Below, one piece after another: positions 1-9,213 of a DNA stretch of 61,444 nucleotides. Below the pieces are notes generated by a model. That model worked only from the letters and a program-made list of their open reading frames with translations. It did no database searches and was not told where the DNA came from. Within the stretch, counting starts at the first letter, position 1. Each line of letters opens with the position of its first letter. The stretch lies in contig CALRAI010000002.1 of NCBI GenBank assembly GCA_943350635.1, forward strand, positions 1 through 61,444, read 5' to 3'. Both the position numbers and the translations under genes were made by a program. The DNA comes from Candidatus Uhrbacteria bacterium. GTDB taxonomy: Bacteria > Patescibacteriota > Patescibacteriia > UBA9934.

Positions 1-2601
1 GCAAAGCTGGTAGAGGACGGAATTTACGAAATGTGGCTAACGTCAGGCATTTTTAACCCAGATTTACTGCCAGATGCGGAGTTTCGATCCGAGGCGTTCA
101 CTATCGTCATGCCGCCACCGAATGTTACGGGTGTGCTGCATTTAGGTCATGCACTCGAAAACTCGCTCATGGATGCCATGGCGCGATATCAGCGTCTTTT
201 GGGCAAGAAAGTGCTCCTTATTCCGGGTACGGATCACGCCGCACTGCCCACGCAAGCCAAGGTGGAAAAGATGCTCATGGCCGACGGAATCAAGAATCCT
301 CGTCAGGAACTAGGGCGCGAGGCTCTCGTAGCGAAAATTCGCGATTTCGCCGAACAATCAAAAGCAACAATCTTGAATCAGGTAAAGAAAATGGGCACCA
401 GCGCCGATTGGTCTCGCTTAGCGTACACCTTCGACGACAAGCGCAACGTCGCCGTGAACGAACTCTTCACGCGAATGTACAACGACGGTTTGATTTATCG
501 TGGATTCCGCGTGGTGAATTGGTCGGTAAAAGGGCAATCGACGAGCTCGGATGACGAGATTGAGACCATCGAGCGTTCATCGGTTCTTTACACGTTCAAA
601 TACAGTAAGGATTTTCCAATCGCAATCTCCACAACGCGTCCAGAAACAAAAGTGGGGGACACTGCGGTTGCCGTGCATCCAACGGACGATCGATACGCAC
701 AGTTCATCGGTAAAACATTCGATATTGATTTCGCGGGATCGAAGCTGTCGATCAAGGTTATTGCGAGTGAGGCGGTCGATCCTGCTTTCGGAACAGGTGC
801 CCTTGGTGTCACTCCAGCGCACAGTCCGATCGACTTCGGAATGTACGAAGTGCAAAAAGCGAAACAAGATCCAATAGAAATTATCCAGGTCATTGGAATT
901 GATGGGAAAATGACCGCAGAAGCTGGGTCGTTGGTTGTTGGCCAAACCGTGGAAGAAGCTCGCGCAATGGTGGTTGCGTGGCTTTCTGAACACGAACTTC
1001 TCCAAGAATCAAAAGATATTGTGCAGAACGTCGGTACATCTGATCGTTATGGCGACGTCATCGAATCTATTCCGATGACGCAATGGTGGTTGAACGTGAA
1101 TAAGGAAATTCCCGGCCGCGGAAAGACGCTCAAGGACTTGATGCGCGAAGCAGTGACGACGGGCTTAAATAATGACGTGAGCCAAAAAGTTTCGATCACG
1201 CCAGATCGATTTACAAAACTCTACCTCGACCGCGTGGATAACCTTCGTGACTGGTGTCTCTCTCGGCAAATCTGGTGGGGCCATCGCATTCCAGCATGGT
1301 ATCGAGGTGAAGAAATCTTCGTTGGAACATCAGCGCCAGAAGGAGAAGGCTGGATTCAGGACGAGGATACGCTCGACACATGGTTCTCGAGTGGTTCTTG
1401 GACGTTCTCAACACTCGGCTGGCCAGAAAACACGACAGATCTTGCATCGTTTCATCCAACGCATTGGATTCAGATGGGCTACGAGATTCTCTATCTCTGG
1501 CTCATGCGCATGATTTTGATGAGTTCCTACGCATTGAATCAAGTTCCATTCAAGGATGCGTACATGCATGGCTTGCTTCGAGACAAGGACGGAAAGAAGT
1601 TTTCGAAATCTTCGGGAAACAACATCGATCCTATTGAAGTCATTAACGAATACGGTTGCGATGCATTGCGCATTTCCGTGCTTTCCGGCAACACGCCAGG
1701 AAACGATTCGCGATTCTATACAGAGAAGGTAGAAGCCTCGCGCAATTTAGTGAACAAGCTGTGGAATATTTCGCGATTCATTTTTACGAATGCAGACGGT
1801 GCACGCCAAATCACATCGGTAACGCCAAAAACCTTGTCAGACCGATGGATTCTTGCGCGATTCAGCGAGACGGCAAAGAAAGTCGGTGCGCTCATTGACC
1901 GTTACGATTTCTCGCTCGCCATCGAGGTATTGCGCGACTTCACGTGGAACGACTTTGCGGACTGGTATTTGGAAATTGCAAAGATCGAGAAGGAGAAGGA
2001 CGACGTTCTGCTCTACATTCTTGAGCGTTTGCTGATCCTTTGGCACCCGTTTGCGCCGTTTGTGACGGAGGAAATTTATAAGAATTTCAACGCGGGAATG
2101 ATCGTGGTCGCAAAGTGGCCAGCGGTCGATCACAAATTGTGGGAGAGCGATCACGCGGCATTTGCGGCGATGAAAGAGACGGTAATCGCAATCCGCAACT
2201 ACCTTTCAGAACACAACGTTCTTCCAAAGGCTGTTGAATCGATCATTATGGTTGGCGCAGGATCGGTGAGTGGAATGGAGTCGATTATTGGTGGCCTCAC
2301 CAAAGTGTCATCAATCACAACATCAGAACTCCGACCAGAAGGAATCACGCCAATCGTCGTCGGATCCGCACAAATCTTTATCAAGCTTCCCGCAGTCGAT
2401 GCAGCGCAGGAAAAACAGCGAATCGAACGCGAAATTGCCGACGCAACGAAATTCATTGCAGCGCAAGAAGCAAAGTTGTCTAACGAAGACTTTGTAAAGC
2501 GCGCTCCAGAAAAGGTGATTACCGGTGAACGCCAGAAACTCGCTGATCTTCAGGGAACACTCGCTGCACTGCAAAAAGAGCAGGCCGCGCTTGTGTCATA
2601 A
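1..2601 (+). CDS. valS: valyl-tRNA synthetase (5' end runs off the window)
   Basis: Frame 1 is open from nt 1. It carries the class I HIGH-type motif (PPPNVTGVLHLGHA), a KMSKS-type motif (KFSKSSGN) and a C-terminal coiled coil typical of ValRS. Confidence 0.95.
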   Translation, partial: AKLVEDGIYEMWLTSGIFNPDLLPDAEFRSEAFTIVMPPPNVTGVLHLGHALENSLMDAMARYQRLLGKKVLLIPGTDHAALPTQAKVEKMLMADGIKNPRQELGREALVAKIRDFAEQSKATILNQVKKMGTSADWSRLAYTFDDKRNVAVNELFTRMYNDGLIYRGFRVVNWSVKGQSTSSDDEIETIERSSVLYTFKYSKDFPIAISTTRPETKVGDTAVAVHPTDDRYAQFIGKTFDIDFAGSKLSIKVIASEAVDPAFGTGALGVTPAHSPIDFGMYEVQKAKQDPIEIIQVIGIDGKMTAEAGSLVVGQTVEEARAMVVAWLSEHELLQESKDIVQNVGTSDRYGDVIESIPMTQWWLNVNKEIPGRGKTLKDLMREAVTTGLNNDVSQKVSITPDRFTKLYLDRVDNLRDWCLSRQIWWGHRIPAWYRGEEIFVGTSAPEGEGWIQDEDTLDTWFSSGSWTFSTLGWPENTTDLASFHPTHWIQMGYEILYLWLMRMILMSSYALNQVPFKDAYMHGLLRDKDGKKFSKSSGNNIDPIEVINEYGCDALRISVLSGNTPGNDSRFYTEKVEASRNLVNKLWNISRFIFTNADGARQITSVTPKTLSDRWILARFSETAKKVGALIDRYDFSLAIEVLRDFTWNDFADWYLEIAKIEKEKDDVLLYILERLLILWHPFAPFVTEEIYKNFNAGMIVVAKWPAVDHKLWESDHAAFAAMKETVIAIRNYLSEHNVLPKAVESIIMVGAGSVSGMESIIGGLTKVSSITTSELRPEGITPIVVGSAQIFIKLPAVDAAQEKQRIEREIADATKFIAAQEAKLSNEDFVKRAPEKVITGERQKLADLQGTLAALQKEQAALVS

Positions 2602-2610
2602 TGCTGATAT

Positions 2611-3816
2611 ATGGATATTGACCAACAAAAAATTGATCGTTTGCTCACACGTGGTGTGGCAATGGTGTACCCAACGGCAGAAAAATTGCGCGAGCTTTTA
2701 ATAAGCGGAAAACGCATTCGTTTGTATTGCGGATTCGATCCAACGTCGCCATATTTGCACATTGGTCACGCTATGCAATTGCAAAAGCTTCGGGAATTTC
2801 AGGAGCTTGGTCATGAAGTCATCATGCTCATCGGATCATTCACGGCAATGATCGGCGATCCAACAGACAAGCTCGCTGCACGAAAGCAGCTCACAAAGGC
2901 CGAAGTACTCGCAAATGCTGCCACGTATAAAAAACAGGCGTCGAAGATTTTGAAATTCTCCGGATTGAACGCCGCGAAACTCATGTTCAACGACAAATGG
3001 TTGGCAAAGATGAATTTTGAAAATGTCGTCGAGCTTGCGAGTCATTTCACCATGCAGCAAATGATGGAACGCGACATGTTCCAGAAGCGATCGGAAGAAC
3101 AGAAGCCGATCTATCTTCACGAATTTATGTATCCTCTCATGCAAGGATACGATTCTGTGGCGATGGATGTAGATCTTGAGGTCGGCGGCAACGATCAAAC
3201 ATTCAACATGTTGGCTGGCAGAACGTTGATGCGAGAAATGAAACAAAAAGAAAAGTTTGTTCTTGCAATCTCGTTGCTTACAAACAGCGATGGGAAAAAG
3301 ATGAGTAAGAGTGAAGGAGGAATTATTGCGCTCAGTGATACGCCAGAAGATATGTTTGGAAAACTTATGTCCATGGACGACGGCATGATTTTGCCGTACT
3401 TCCGGTTGGTAACCGATCTTGCTGATGACGATATCGCTGCGATTGAATCCGCCATTGCCGGTGGCATGAATCCTCGTGATGCAAAGATCCGCCTCGCAGA
3501 AACAGTGGTAACGCTGTATCACAGCGCAAAAGCAGCAAAAGCAGCAAAGCAGCATTTCGCGCAAGTATTCAGCAAGAAAGAAATGCCAGACGTTATTCCA
3601 GAACTATTGCTGAGCGGTCGATCACTCACGATCGTGGATGTATTGGTGGAGGCAGGATTTGCGCCAAGCAAAGGCGAAGCAAAACGCCTCATCGAGCAGG
3701 GCGGTGTAAAGATTGGAACCGATGTTGTGACTGATCCGATGCTGTTCGTATCGCCTCGTACCGACGAAGCCGTCGTCCAAAAAGGGAAGCGATTCTTTGT
3801 GAAACTTCTTCCATAA
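2611..3816 (+). CDS. tyrS: tyrosyl-tRNA synthetase
   Basis: HIGH motif (YLHIGHAMQ), KMSKS motif (KKMSKSEGG) and a C-terminal S4-like RNA-binding domain. Confidence 0.95.
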   Translation: MDIDQQKIDRLLTRGVAMVYPTAEKLRELLISGKRIRLYCGFDPTSPYLHIGHAMQLQKLREFQELGHEVIMLIGSFTAMIGDPTDKLAARKQLTKAEVLANAATYKKQASKILKFSGLNAAKLMFNDKWLAKMNFENVVELASHFTMQQMMERDMFQKRSEEQKPIYLHEFMYPLMQGYDSVAMDVDLEVGGNDQTFNMLAGRTLMREMKQKEKFVLAISLLTNSDGKKMSKSEGGIIALSDTPEDMFGKLMSMDDGMILPYFRLVTDLADDDIAAIESAIAGGMNPRDAKIRLAETVVTLYHSAKAAKAAKQHFAQVFSKKEMPDVIPELLLSGRSLTIVDVLVEAGFAPSKGEAKRLIEQGGVKIGTDVVTDPMLFVSPRTDEAVVQKGKRFFVKLLP

Positions 3817-3818
3817 TT

Positions 3819-5525
3819 ATGACCGCACGAAGTATTGCAAAGAAGGAGGCGTTTACCGCGCTCAAAAAAGCGCTCGGAAAAACATTCTCGCTCACGGCAG
3901 AAATGATTGTTGCTCCGCCAAAGCCAGGATTCGGCGATTTATCATTTCCATGTTTTGCGTTGGCGAAGGGGATGGGTCGGAATCCTGCGGAGATCGCCAC
4001 GGAACTTGCTGCGAAGATCGGTCCGTCGTCGATGATTAAGAAAATTACATCGGCTGGGCCGTACGTGAACTTTACGTTCGATAATGAGGCATTTAGCGCT
4101 GCAGTACTTTCCGATGTTGCAAAGACAAAGAAGAAGTACGGACGCGGAAAAACAGGTGCTGGAAAAAAAGTACTTATTGAATACGCAAACCTCAACACGC
4201 ATAAAGAAGTGCACGTTGGTCATTTACGAAACTTTTCTATCGGCGCCGCTGTTGCGAATATTCTTTCAGCAAACGGATATGCGGTTACTCCCGTCTCCTA
4301 TATCAACGATTTGGGAAGCAACGTTGCAAAATGTTTGTGGGGCATAAAAAAGTTTCACGACGGTGAGGAGCCCGACGCTGCGGACCGGTTGAATTTCATG
4401 GGAAGTATTTATACGGAAGCAACGGCAGCCATGGAAGGGAGCGACGATGCAAAGGCGGAGGTTTCGGTAATTCAGCACGATTTGGAATCTGGCGAAGGCG
4501 AATGGTTTGCATTGTGGAAAAAAACGCATAAATGGTCCATGGACGGGTTGAAGGCGGTATTCGATGAGTTCGGTCTGACGCTCGATCACATCTATCTTGA
4601 ACACGATCTTATCGACGAAACGCACGAGATCGTGAAGAAGTTATTAACGGAAGGTATAGCAAAGATGAGCCAAGGTGCAGTGATCGTGGATCTTGAGGCA
4701 GAAAAACTTGGCGTGAATCTTTTGCGCAAGACGGACGGAACATTGTTGTATAACGCGAAAGATCTCGCATTGGCGTTTCATAAAGAGGCCGATTTCCACG
4801 CAGATCGGTCGCTGTATGTGATTGATGTTCGTCAGGCATTGGCCATGAAACAGCTTGCAGCAACGCTAAAGAAGATGGAATTTCCGCGTGAGATTCTTCA
4901 TGTGGGATACGAGTTTGTTACGTTGCCGGACGGGGCAATGAGTTCTCGTAAGGGAAATATTGTTCGGTGGTCTGATTTGCGTGATGCAATGTATGGTCGG
5001 CTTGTGGATACCACCACGCTTCGCCATCCTGAATGGAAACCAAAGCTCATTGCGGCAAACGCAACGGCGTTGGTGATGGCTGCAGTAAAATTTGTAATGC
5101 TTCGTCACGATCCTGAACGCTTAATGGTGTTCGACATGGAGGAAGCAATGGCGACCGATGGATTTACAGGACCATACATTCTTTACACCATCGCGCGCAT
5201 TAACAGCCTACACGAGAAAACAAAACTCTCGTCGTTCGCGTTGGCATCGGCGCTTACAGATCCGCAGGAAATACAGATGCTCAGAAAGATTGCAGAATAT
5301 CCCGACGTGCTTCAAGAAGCCGGTGCGGACATGCGACCATCGTTAATCTGTCAGTACGCATTCGAGCTTGCCCAAATGTTTTCGCGATATTATGCAGAGG
5401 TGCATATTATCGACGAGGAACAGCCGTCGCTCACTGCTGCGCGGCTTGGATTCGCGGATGTGGTTGGCTCGGTGCTTGCAAACGCGATGGAAATTTTGAA
5501 CATTCCCGTTGTGAAAACGATGTAA
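3819..5525 (+). CDS. argS: arginyl-tRNA synthetase
   Basis: ArgRS-type HVGHLRN motif and full-length ArgRS-like architecture. It starts 3 nt after the tyrS stop. Confidence 0.95.
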   Translation: MTARSIAKKEAFTALKKALGKTFSLTAEMIVAPPKPGFGDLSFPCFALAKGMGRNPAEIATELAAKIGPSSMIKKITSAGPYVNFTFDNEAFSAAVLSDVAKTKKKYGRGKTGAGKKVLIEYANLNTHKEVHVGHLRNFSIGAAVANILSANGYAVTPVSYINDLGSNVAKCLWGIKKFHDGEEPDAADRLNFMGSIYTEATAAMEGSDDAKAEVSVIQHDLESGEGEWFALWKKTHKWSMDGLKAVFDEFGLTLDHIYLEHDLIDETHEIVKKLLTEGIAKMSQGAVIVDLEAEKLGVNLLRKTDGTLLYNAKDLALAFHKEADFHADRSLYVIDVRQALAMKQLAATLKKMEFPREILHVGYEFVTLPDGAMSSRKGNIVRWSDLRDAMYGRLVDTTTLRHPEWKPKLIAANATALVMAAVKFVMLRHDPERLMVFDMEEAMATDGFTGPYILYTIARINSLHEKTKLSSFALASALTDPQEIQMLRKIAEYPDVLQEAGADMRPSLICQYAFELAQMFSRYYAEVHIIDEEQPSLTAARLGFADVVGSVLANAMEILNIPVVKTM

Positions 5526-5565
5526 ACGTGGTAATCAAGACTTAAGAATTTGTAACTTTTCTTGT

Positions 5566-5940
5566 ATGGCAAAAGGAACCGGACCAGAGACAATCATCGC
5601 GCACGGTGTTCGTTTGGAGGGGGATTTAGTTGCAGAAGGGGATATCGTCATTGAAGGGGAAGTGCACGGTACCGTCAAAACAAAAGGCGATCTTCGTATT
5701 GGGGATCAAGCATTGGTTGAAGCAAATATCGAAGCGAGCAATGCCGTTGTTAGCGGAGAAATTCGTGGAAATATTTTAGTGCATGGAAAACTGGAACTCT
5801 TCCCATCGTCTAAACTTACGGGTGATGTTGTTACCGAAGTGCTTGCGATTGGTCCTGGCGCTCAGGTGAATGGAAATGTGAGCATGGGAGCAGAAGCGCC
5901 AAAAGGAAAGAAGCGCGCAGAAGCCGTTGATGCCGAGTAA
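5566..5940 (+). CDS. bactofilin-family polymer-forming cytoskeletal protein
   Basis: 124-aa protein built from beta-helical repeats (G-D/E-hydrophobic, IEGEVHGTVKTKGDLRIG...VSGEIRGNI), as is typical of the bactofilin/DUF583 family. Confidence 0.8.
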   Translation: MAKGTGPETIIAHGVRLEGDLVAEGDIVIEGEVHGTVKTKGDLRIGDQALVEANIEASNAVVSGEIRGNILVHGKLELFPSSKLTGDVVTEVLAIGPGAQVNGNVSMGAEAPKGKKRAEAVDAE

Positions 5941-5942
5941 GT

Positions 5943-6677
5943 GTGTATTGCTACGTGTACGACGAGGCGCTTCAAGACCGACGATTTGAGCGAGAACTTG
6001 CACAAATCGAGACGCGCTTAACGGATCTGGGTATTGCGGGCAAAATTGCACGCTTGGCTTTGTTTCGTGAGCCGATCGATCTTATTCGTGACGAAATTCG
6101 CGGGGGAGTAACCACGGTGGTTGCGGTGGGGAACGACACCACGCTTCGTCGTGTTATTGATGCGGTACAGGATAGGAAAACCGTCGTCGCGTTGCTTCCG
6201 GTCGGTCCACAAGGCGGAATGGCGACGCTTTTAGGTATGCCAAGTGGCGTTGCCGCGTGCGATGTGTTGAGCGCGCGTATTGTGGAAGAACTCGACGTTG
6301 GCGAAGTGAATGGAAAGCGATTTGTGCAATCGGTACGCATTGAGGGCACCGACTTCTCCATCCATCACGGAAAACAATACGTTGTTACTCCGCTCAGAAA
6401 AGCGTCAATCGAGGTACGAAATTTCGCCGCTCCAGATGATGCGGGAATGATTAGTCCGATCGACGGAAGATTATCGATGATTATTCGACTGCCAAAGTTC
6501 AAGCTGTTTGGCGGAAAACCCGACGTTGGCGTGATTCCCTTTGAAGAAATGTTCGTTGCTTGCGAAAAACACATCACTGCCACGGTGGACGGTGATCAGC
6601 TCCAAGGAAAAGACTTCTCCTTCCGCGTTATTCCTCGTGCGTTGAGACTTGTGACGGGGAAGTCGAGGAAGTTTTAG
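5943..6677 (+). CDS. diacylglycerol/lipid kinase catalytic-domain-like protein (GTG start)
   Basis: A GNDTT motif (VVAVGNDTTLRRVIDAV) resembles the GDGT loop of YegS/DAGK-family kinases. The assignment rests on weak motif-level evidence only. Confidence 0.5.
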   Translation: MYCYVYDEALQDRRFERELAQIETRLTDLGIAGKIARLALFREPIDLIRDEIRGGVTTVVAVGNDTTLRRVIDAVQDRKTVVALLPVGPQGGMATLLGMPSGVAACDVLSARIVEELDVGEVNGKRFVQSVRIEGTDFSIHHGKQYVVTPLRKASIEVRNFAAPDDAGMISPIDGRLSMIIRLPKFKLFGGKPDVGVIPFEEMFVACEKHITATVDGDQLQGKDFSFRVIPRALRLVTGKSRKF

Positions 6678-7107
6678 CGCGCCGAAGATACTCCTTTGAA
6701 AAATACACAATCGAAGCCACGAAAAGCGTCGTCGATGTGAGGGCGGAGAGCATACAGTATTGGCAGATAGCGTGAATAACGAAGAATTGGAGGTACACAA
6801 ACCAGCAAGACGAGAGGAATCCTGCAATGCTGCCAAGTGCGACGAAACGTAAGAGATCGTGACGCTTGGTTTCGATAATGATGTACGTTGCGAAGAACAT
6901 TGCCAAGTAAAAGAGTGCGCCAAGGAGCGCAACCGGTACGCCGGCGATTGATGAGTATTCACTTTTTGTGACGAGATCGCAACCGTGAGTAATGGTGCAG
7001 GGAAGGGTGAATTGCGTGTAGTGCTGAATGGTTAAATACGCAGCATCGAAGAATCCAAGAATACTCACGCCAAGAATCGTAAAAGGATACCAGCGGGAAG
7101 CGGTCAT
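6628..7107 (-). CDS. vitamin K epoxide reductase (VKOR) family membrane protein
   Basis: Four to five hydrophobic segments, loop cysteines (LPCTITHGC) and a CxxC in a TM helix (AICQYCML). It lies next to a DsbA-like gene. Confidence 0.8.
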   Translation of the reverse strand: MTASRWYPFTILGVSILGFFDAAYLTIQHYTQFTLPCTITHGCDLVTKSEYSSIAGVPVALLGALFYLAMFFATYIIIETKRHDLLRFVALGSIAGFLSSCWFVYLQFFVIHAICQYCMLSALTSTTLFVASIVYFSKEYLRRAKTSSTSPSQVSTHEE

Positions 7108-7110
7108 AGA

Positions 7111-7821
7111 TTATGGCGTTACCTCGGCATCGGTATTTGACGACGTACTGTCGTTCGCTGGTGCGGGATTCAGTGCAGCATCGATAAGCACCTTAAAGGC
7201 GTCGATACCTTGTGGATTGTTCACAATTTGTAGGCCATTCAAGAAGAAGGTTGGTGTTGATCTCACGCTGGATGCGTTGCCACTTTCCACGTCGTCCTTG
7301 ATAGAATTTTTCACCGTATCGCTCGTAAGATCGGCGGTGAATTTTTCAACATCAAGCCCCAGCGTTGTAGCATAGCTCACGAATAGTGCTGTTGGGTCAG
7401 CTTCGGCACTCCATGTTTTTTGATTACCGAACAGGAGGTCGTGCATGAGAAAGAATTTCCCTTGCATCCCAGCGGCTTCTGCGGCTTGAGCGGCAAGTTG
7501 TGCGTTGGGGTGGATAGTCACAAGCGGATAGTTGCGATACACGATGTTGAGCGTGTCGCCATACGTTTCATGAAGCTTTTGGAGAAGCGGAAAATACGCT
7601 GCACAGGCTGGGCATTGAAAGTCGCTATACTCCACAAGAGTTACCGCGGCATCTTTGCCGCCTTCAAACCAATCCTGATCATCCACTGCAACGACAAGCT
7701 TTTGTGGATCGTTCGCATGATCTTGTACATAGCCATACCAGACCATTCCACCAAGTACAATCGCGATTGCTGCTAAAATTCCCAATACCTTCCCTACAAG
7801 TGCCAATTTCATATTCGCCAT
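7111..7821 (-). CDS. DsbA-family thiol:disulfide oxidoreductase with an N-terminal membrane anchor
   Basis: Thioredoxin-fold CPAC active site (YSDFQCPACAAY) and an N-terminal TM/signal segment. Confidence 0.85.
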   Translation of the reverse strand: MANMKLALVGKVLGILAAIAIVLGGMVWYGYVQDHANDPQKLVVAVDDQDWFEGGKDAAVTLVEYSDFQCPACAAYFPLLQKLHETYGDTLNIVYRNYPLVTIHPNAQLAAQAAEAAGMQGKFFLMHDLLFGNQKTWSAEADPTALFVSYATTLGLDVEKFTADLTSDTVKNSIKDDVESGNASSVRSTPTFFLNGLQIVNNPQGIDAFKVLIDAALNPAPANDSTSSNTDAEVTP

Positions 7822-7884
7822 AGTATTGAAAGGGTATCAAAGAATAGGGAAACGAAAAAGAAGCCCTTTCGGACTTCTTCATCA

Positions 7885-7969
7885 TGGTGCGCGAGAGAGG
7901 ACTCGAACCTCCAAGCCTTTCGGCACATGCCCCTCAAGCATGCGAGTTTACCAATTTCTCCACTCGCGC
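7885..7969 (-). tRNA. tRNA-Leu (anticodon GAG), CCA encoded
   Basis: Hand-folded cloverleaf. The acceptor stem is GCGCGAG/CTCGCGC and the anticodon arm is CATGC-TTGAGGG-GCATG. It has a long variable arm (GCC-GAAA-GGC) and the T-arm GGAGG-TTCGAGT-CCTCT. Confidence 0.9.
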
Positions 7970-8623
7970 ATTCTTTCCTTGAACCGTGGGAAGTATAGCC
8001 AACGCTTCTGATAATTTCAAGTATTTTCGTTTTAGGTACAGATTCTCGGCATTTTTATATATCATGTTGAAAAGCTGTTTTGAGGCTTTTTTGGCAAACA
8101 CGAGTTGTTGTATTTTTTGTGAAACATTTATTTTTCCAGAAATTCCATAGTTTTTTGTAATGGTATTTTGTAGCCAAGTAAGAAATATTGGACTTGCGGA
8201 TACAATAGCTGTGTACACCATAAAACTTGATTTCCAACGAGGATCGTAATATGAGTAGCTCGTTCCATCTCCATCAAATTCTCCCCGAACAAAATGAGGA
8301 AAAAGACGCTTTGGAATGCGAATATCTTTTAAGATTTTCGATTTATTCGGCATAAGACCGATAGTTAACAGAAAACGGTAAAATCGGACATCGCCAATTT
8401 GGACAACAAAATATTTCTTTTCAAGCTCGTGACCACGAGATTTTTTACCAATGTGATGATCCTGAATATTGAGTGCGGCAAGAAATTGTTCAATAAGATC
8501 AAAATCCTTCGATGTGAAGGTAATATGGCGACCATCGGGCGAGAGATTCCCATCAGAAACAATAAGTCCAACCGCGTAAGCAAGTTTCTTTGTCCATCGC
8601 GTTGAAATCGTCTTTTTGCTCAT
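7934..8623 (-). CDS. double-motif LAGLIDADG homing endonuclease (free-standing)
   Basis: Two LAGLIDADG motifs (LAYAVGLIVSDGNL and FVRGEFDGDGTS). G+C is about one third in a hand-counted sample. The last 36 nt, including the stop, overlap the tRNA-Leu gene. Confidence 0.85.
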   Translation of the reverse strand: MSKKTISTRWTKKLAYAVGLIVSDGNLSPDGRHITFTSKDFDLIEQFLAALNIQDHHIGKKSRGHELEKKYFVVQIGDVRFYRFLLTIGLMPNKSKILKDIRIPKRLFPHFVRGEFDGDGTSYSYYDPRWKSSFMVYTAIVSASPIFLTWLQNTITKNYGISGKINVSQKIQQLVFAKKASKQLFNMIYKNAENLYLKRKYLKLSEALAILPTVQGKNARVEKLVNSHA

Positions 8624-8717
8624 ACGTAGAATATATCATGATGAATGTGTCTACCAAAAGATTGAAAACATATTGGCAAACTCTTTGGGGAGTGCTACAC
8701 TCTTCAGGTAATATTTT

Positions 8718-8794
8718 GGACGCCTAGCTCAGCTGGTTAGAGCATCTCGTTTACACCGAGAGGGTCGAGGGTTCGAATCCCCCGGCGTCCACCA
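8718..8794 (+). tRNA. tRNA-Val (anticodon UAC), CCA encoded
   Basis: Hand-folded. The acceptor stem is GGACGCC/GGCGTCC and the anticodon arm is TCTCG-TTTACAC-CGAGA. The T-loop is TTCGAAT, with one A-C mismatch in the T-stem. Confidence 0.88.
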
Positions 8795-8848
8795 CTGGAA
8801 AACATGTTTATTTGGTCGACTTTGAACTTACGTCATCGCAAACTTCTT

Positions 8849-9029
8849 CAACGTACCAAGAAGTACGTCTCAAAAGATTTGCTCGACGTGCGTCCAAATT
8901 CGCCGCAAATAAAACTGTTTTCATACATCGAGCGCACTGTGTCGTAATGACACTATTGGAAAGCTGGCTACGTCTGTGTAGTGCTAGGAGCGGCGAGGAC
9001 CGAAGTGAGACGTACTTCTCGGTACGTTG
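8849..9029. repeat. 181-nt segment bounded by 23-nt inverted repeats, each with an ACGTAC-N6-GTACGT core
   Basis: CAACGTACCAAGAAGTACGTCTC (8849-8871) is complementary to GAGACGTACTTCTCGGTACGTTG (9007-9029) at 22 of 23 positions. There is no convincing ORF in the segment. Confidence 0.5.
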
Positions 9030-9084
9030 AATGAGGACCGGAGCAAGCGACAACGCAATGCGCAAACGTAGCCAGTTTTCTCTC

Positions 9085-9160
9085 GGGCCGTTAGCTCAGC
9101 TGGTAGAGCGTCTGGCTGGCAGTCAGAAGGTCATCGGTTCGATCCCGATACGGTCCACCA
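9085..9160 (+). tRNA. tRNA-Ala (anticodon GGC), CCA encoded
   Basis: Hand-folded. It has the G3:U70 identity pair (GGGCCGT/ACGGTCC), the anticodon loop CTGGCAG and the T-arm ATCGG-TTCGATC-CCGAT. Confidence 0.92.
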
Positions 9161-9213
9161 TCGAAAATGAAGCCTTACCGGCTTCTTTTTCGTTTGTGAT
9201 AAAATACCTGTGT

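Noticed and set aside
1-5525. The contiguous valS-tyrS-argS arrangement as a possible special system.
   Set aside because: Tight packing of housekeeping genes is expected in a streamlined genome. No T-box leaders or other regulatory structures are visible in the 3-9-nt gaps.
9031-9213. The N-terminal 61 codons of ORF 9031..9450.
   Set aside because: This part overlaps the complete tRNA-Ala gene (9085-9160) on the same strand. Only the portion from ATG 9214 is plausible as coding.
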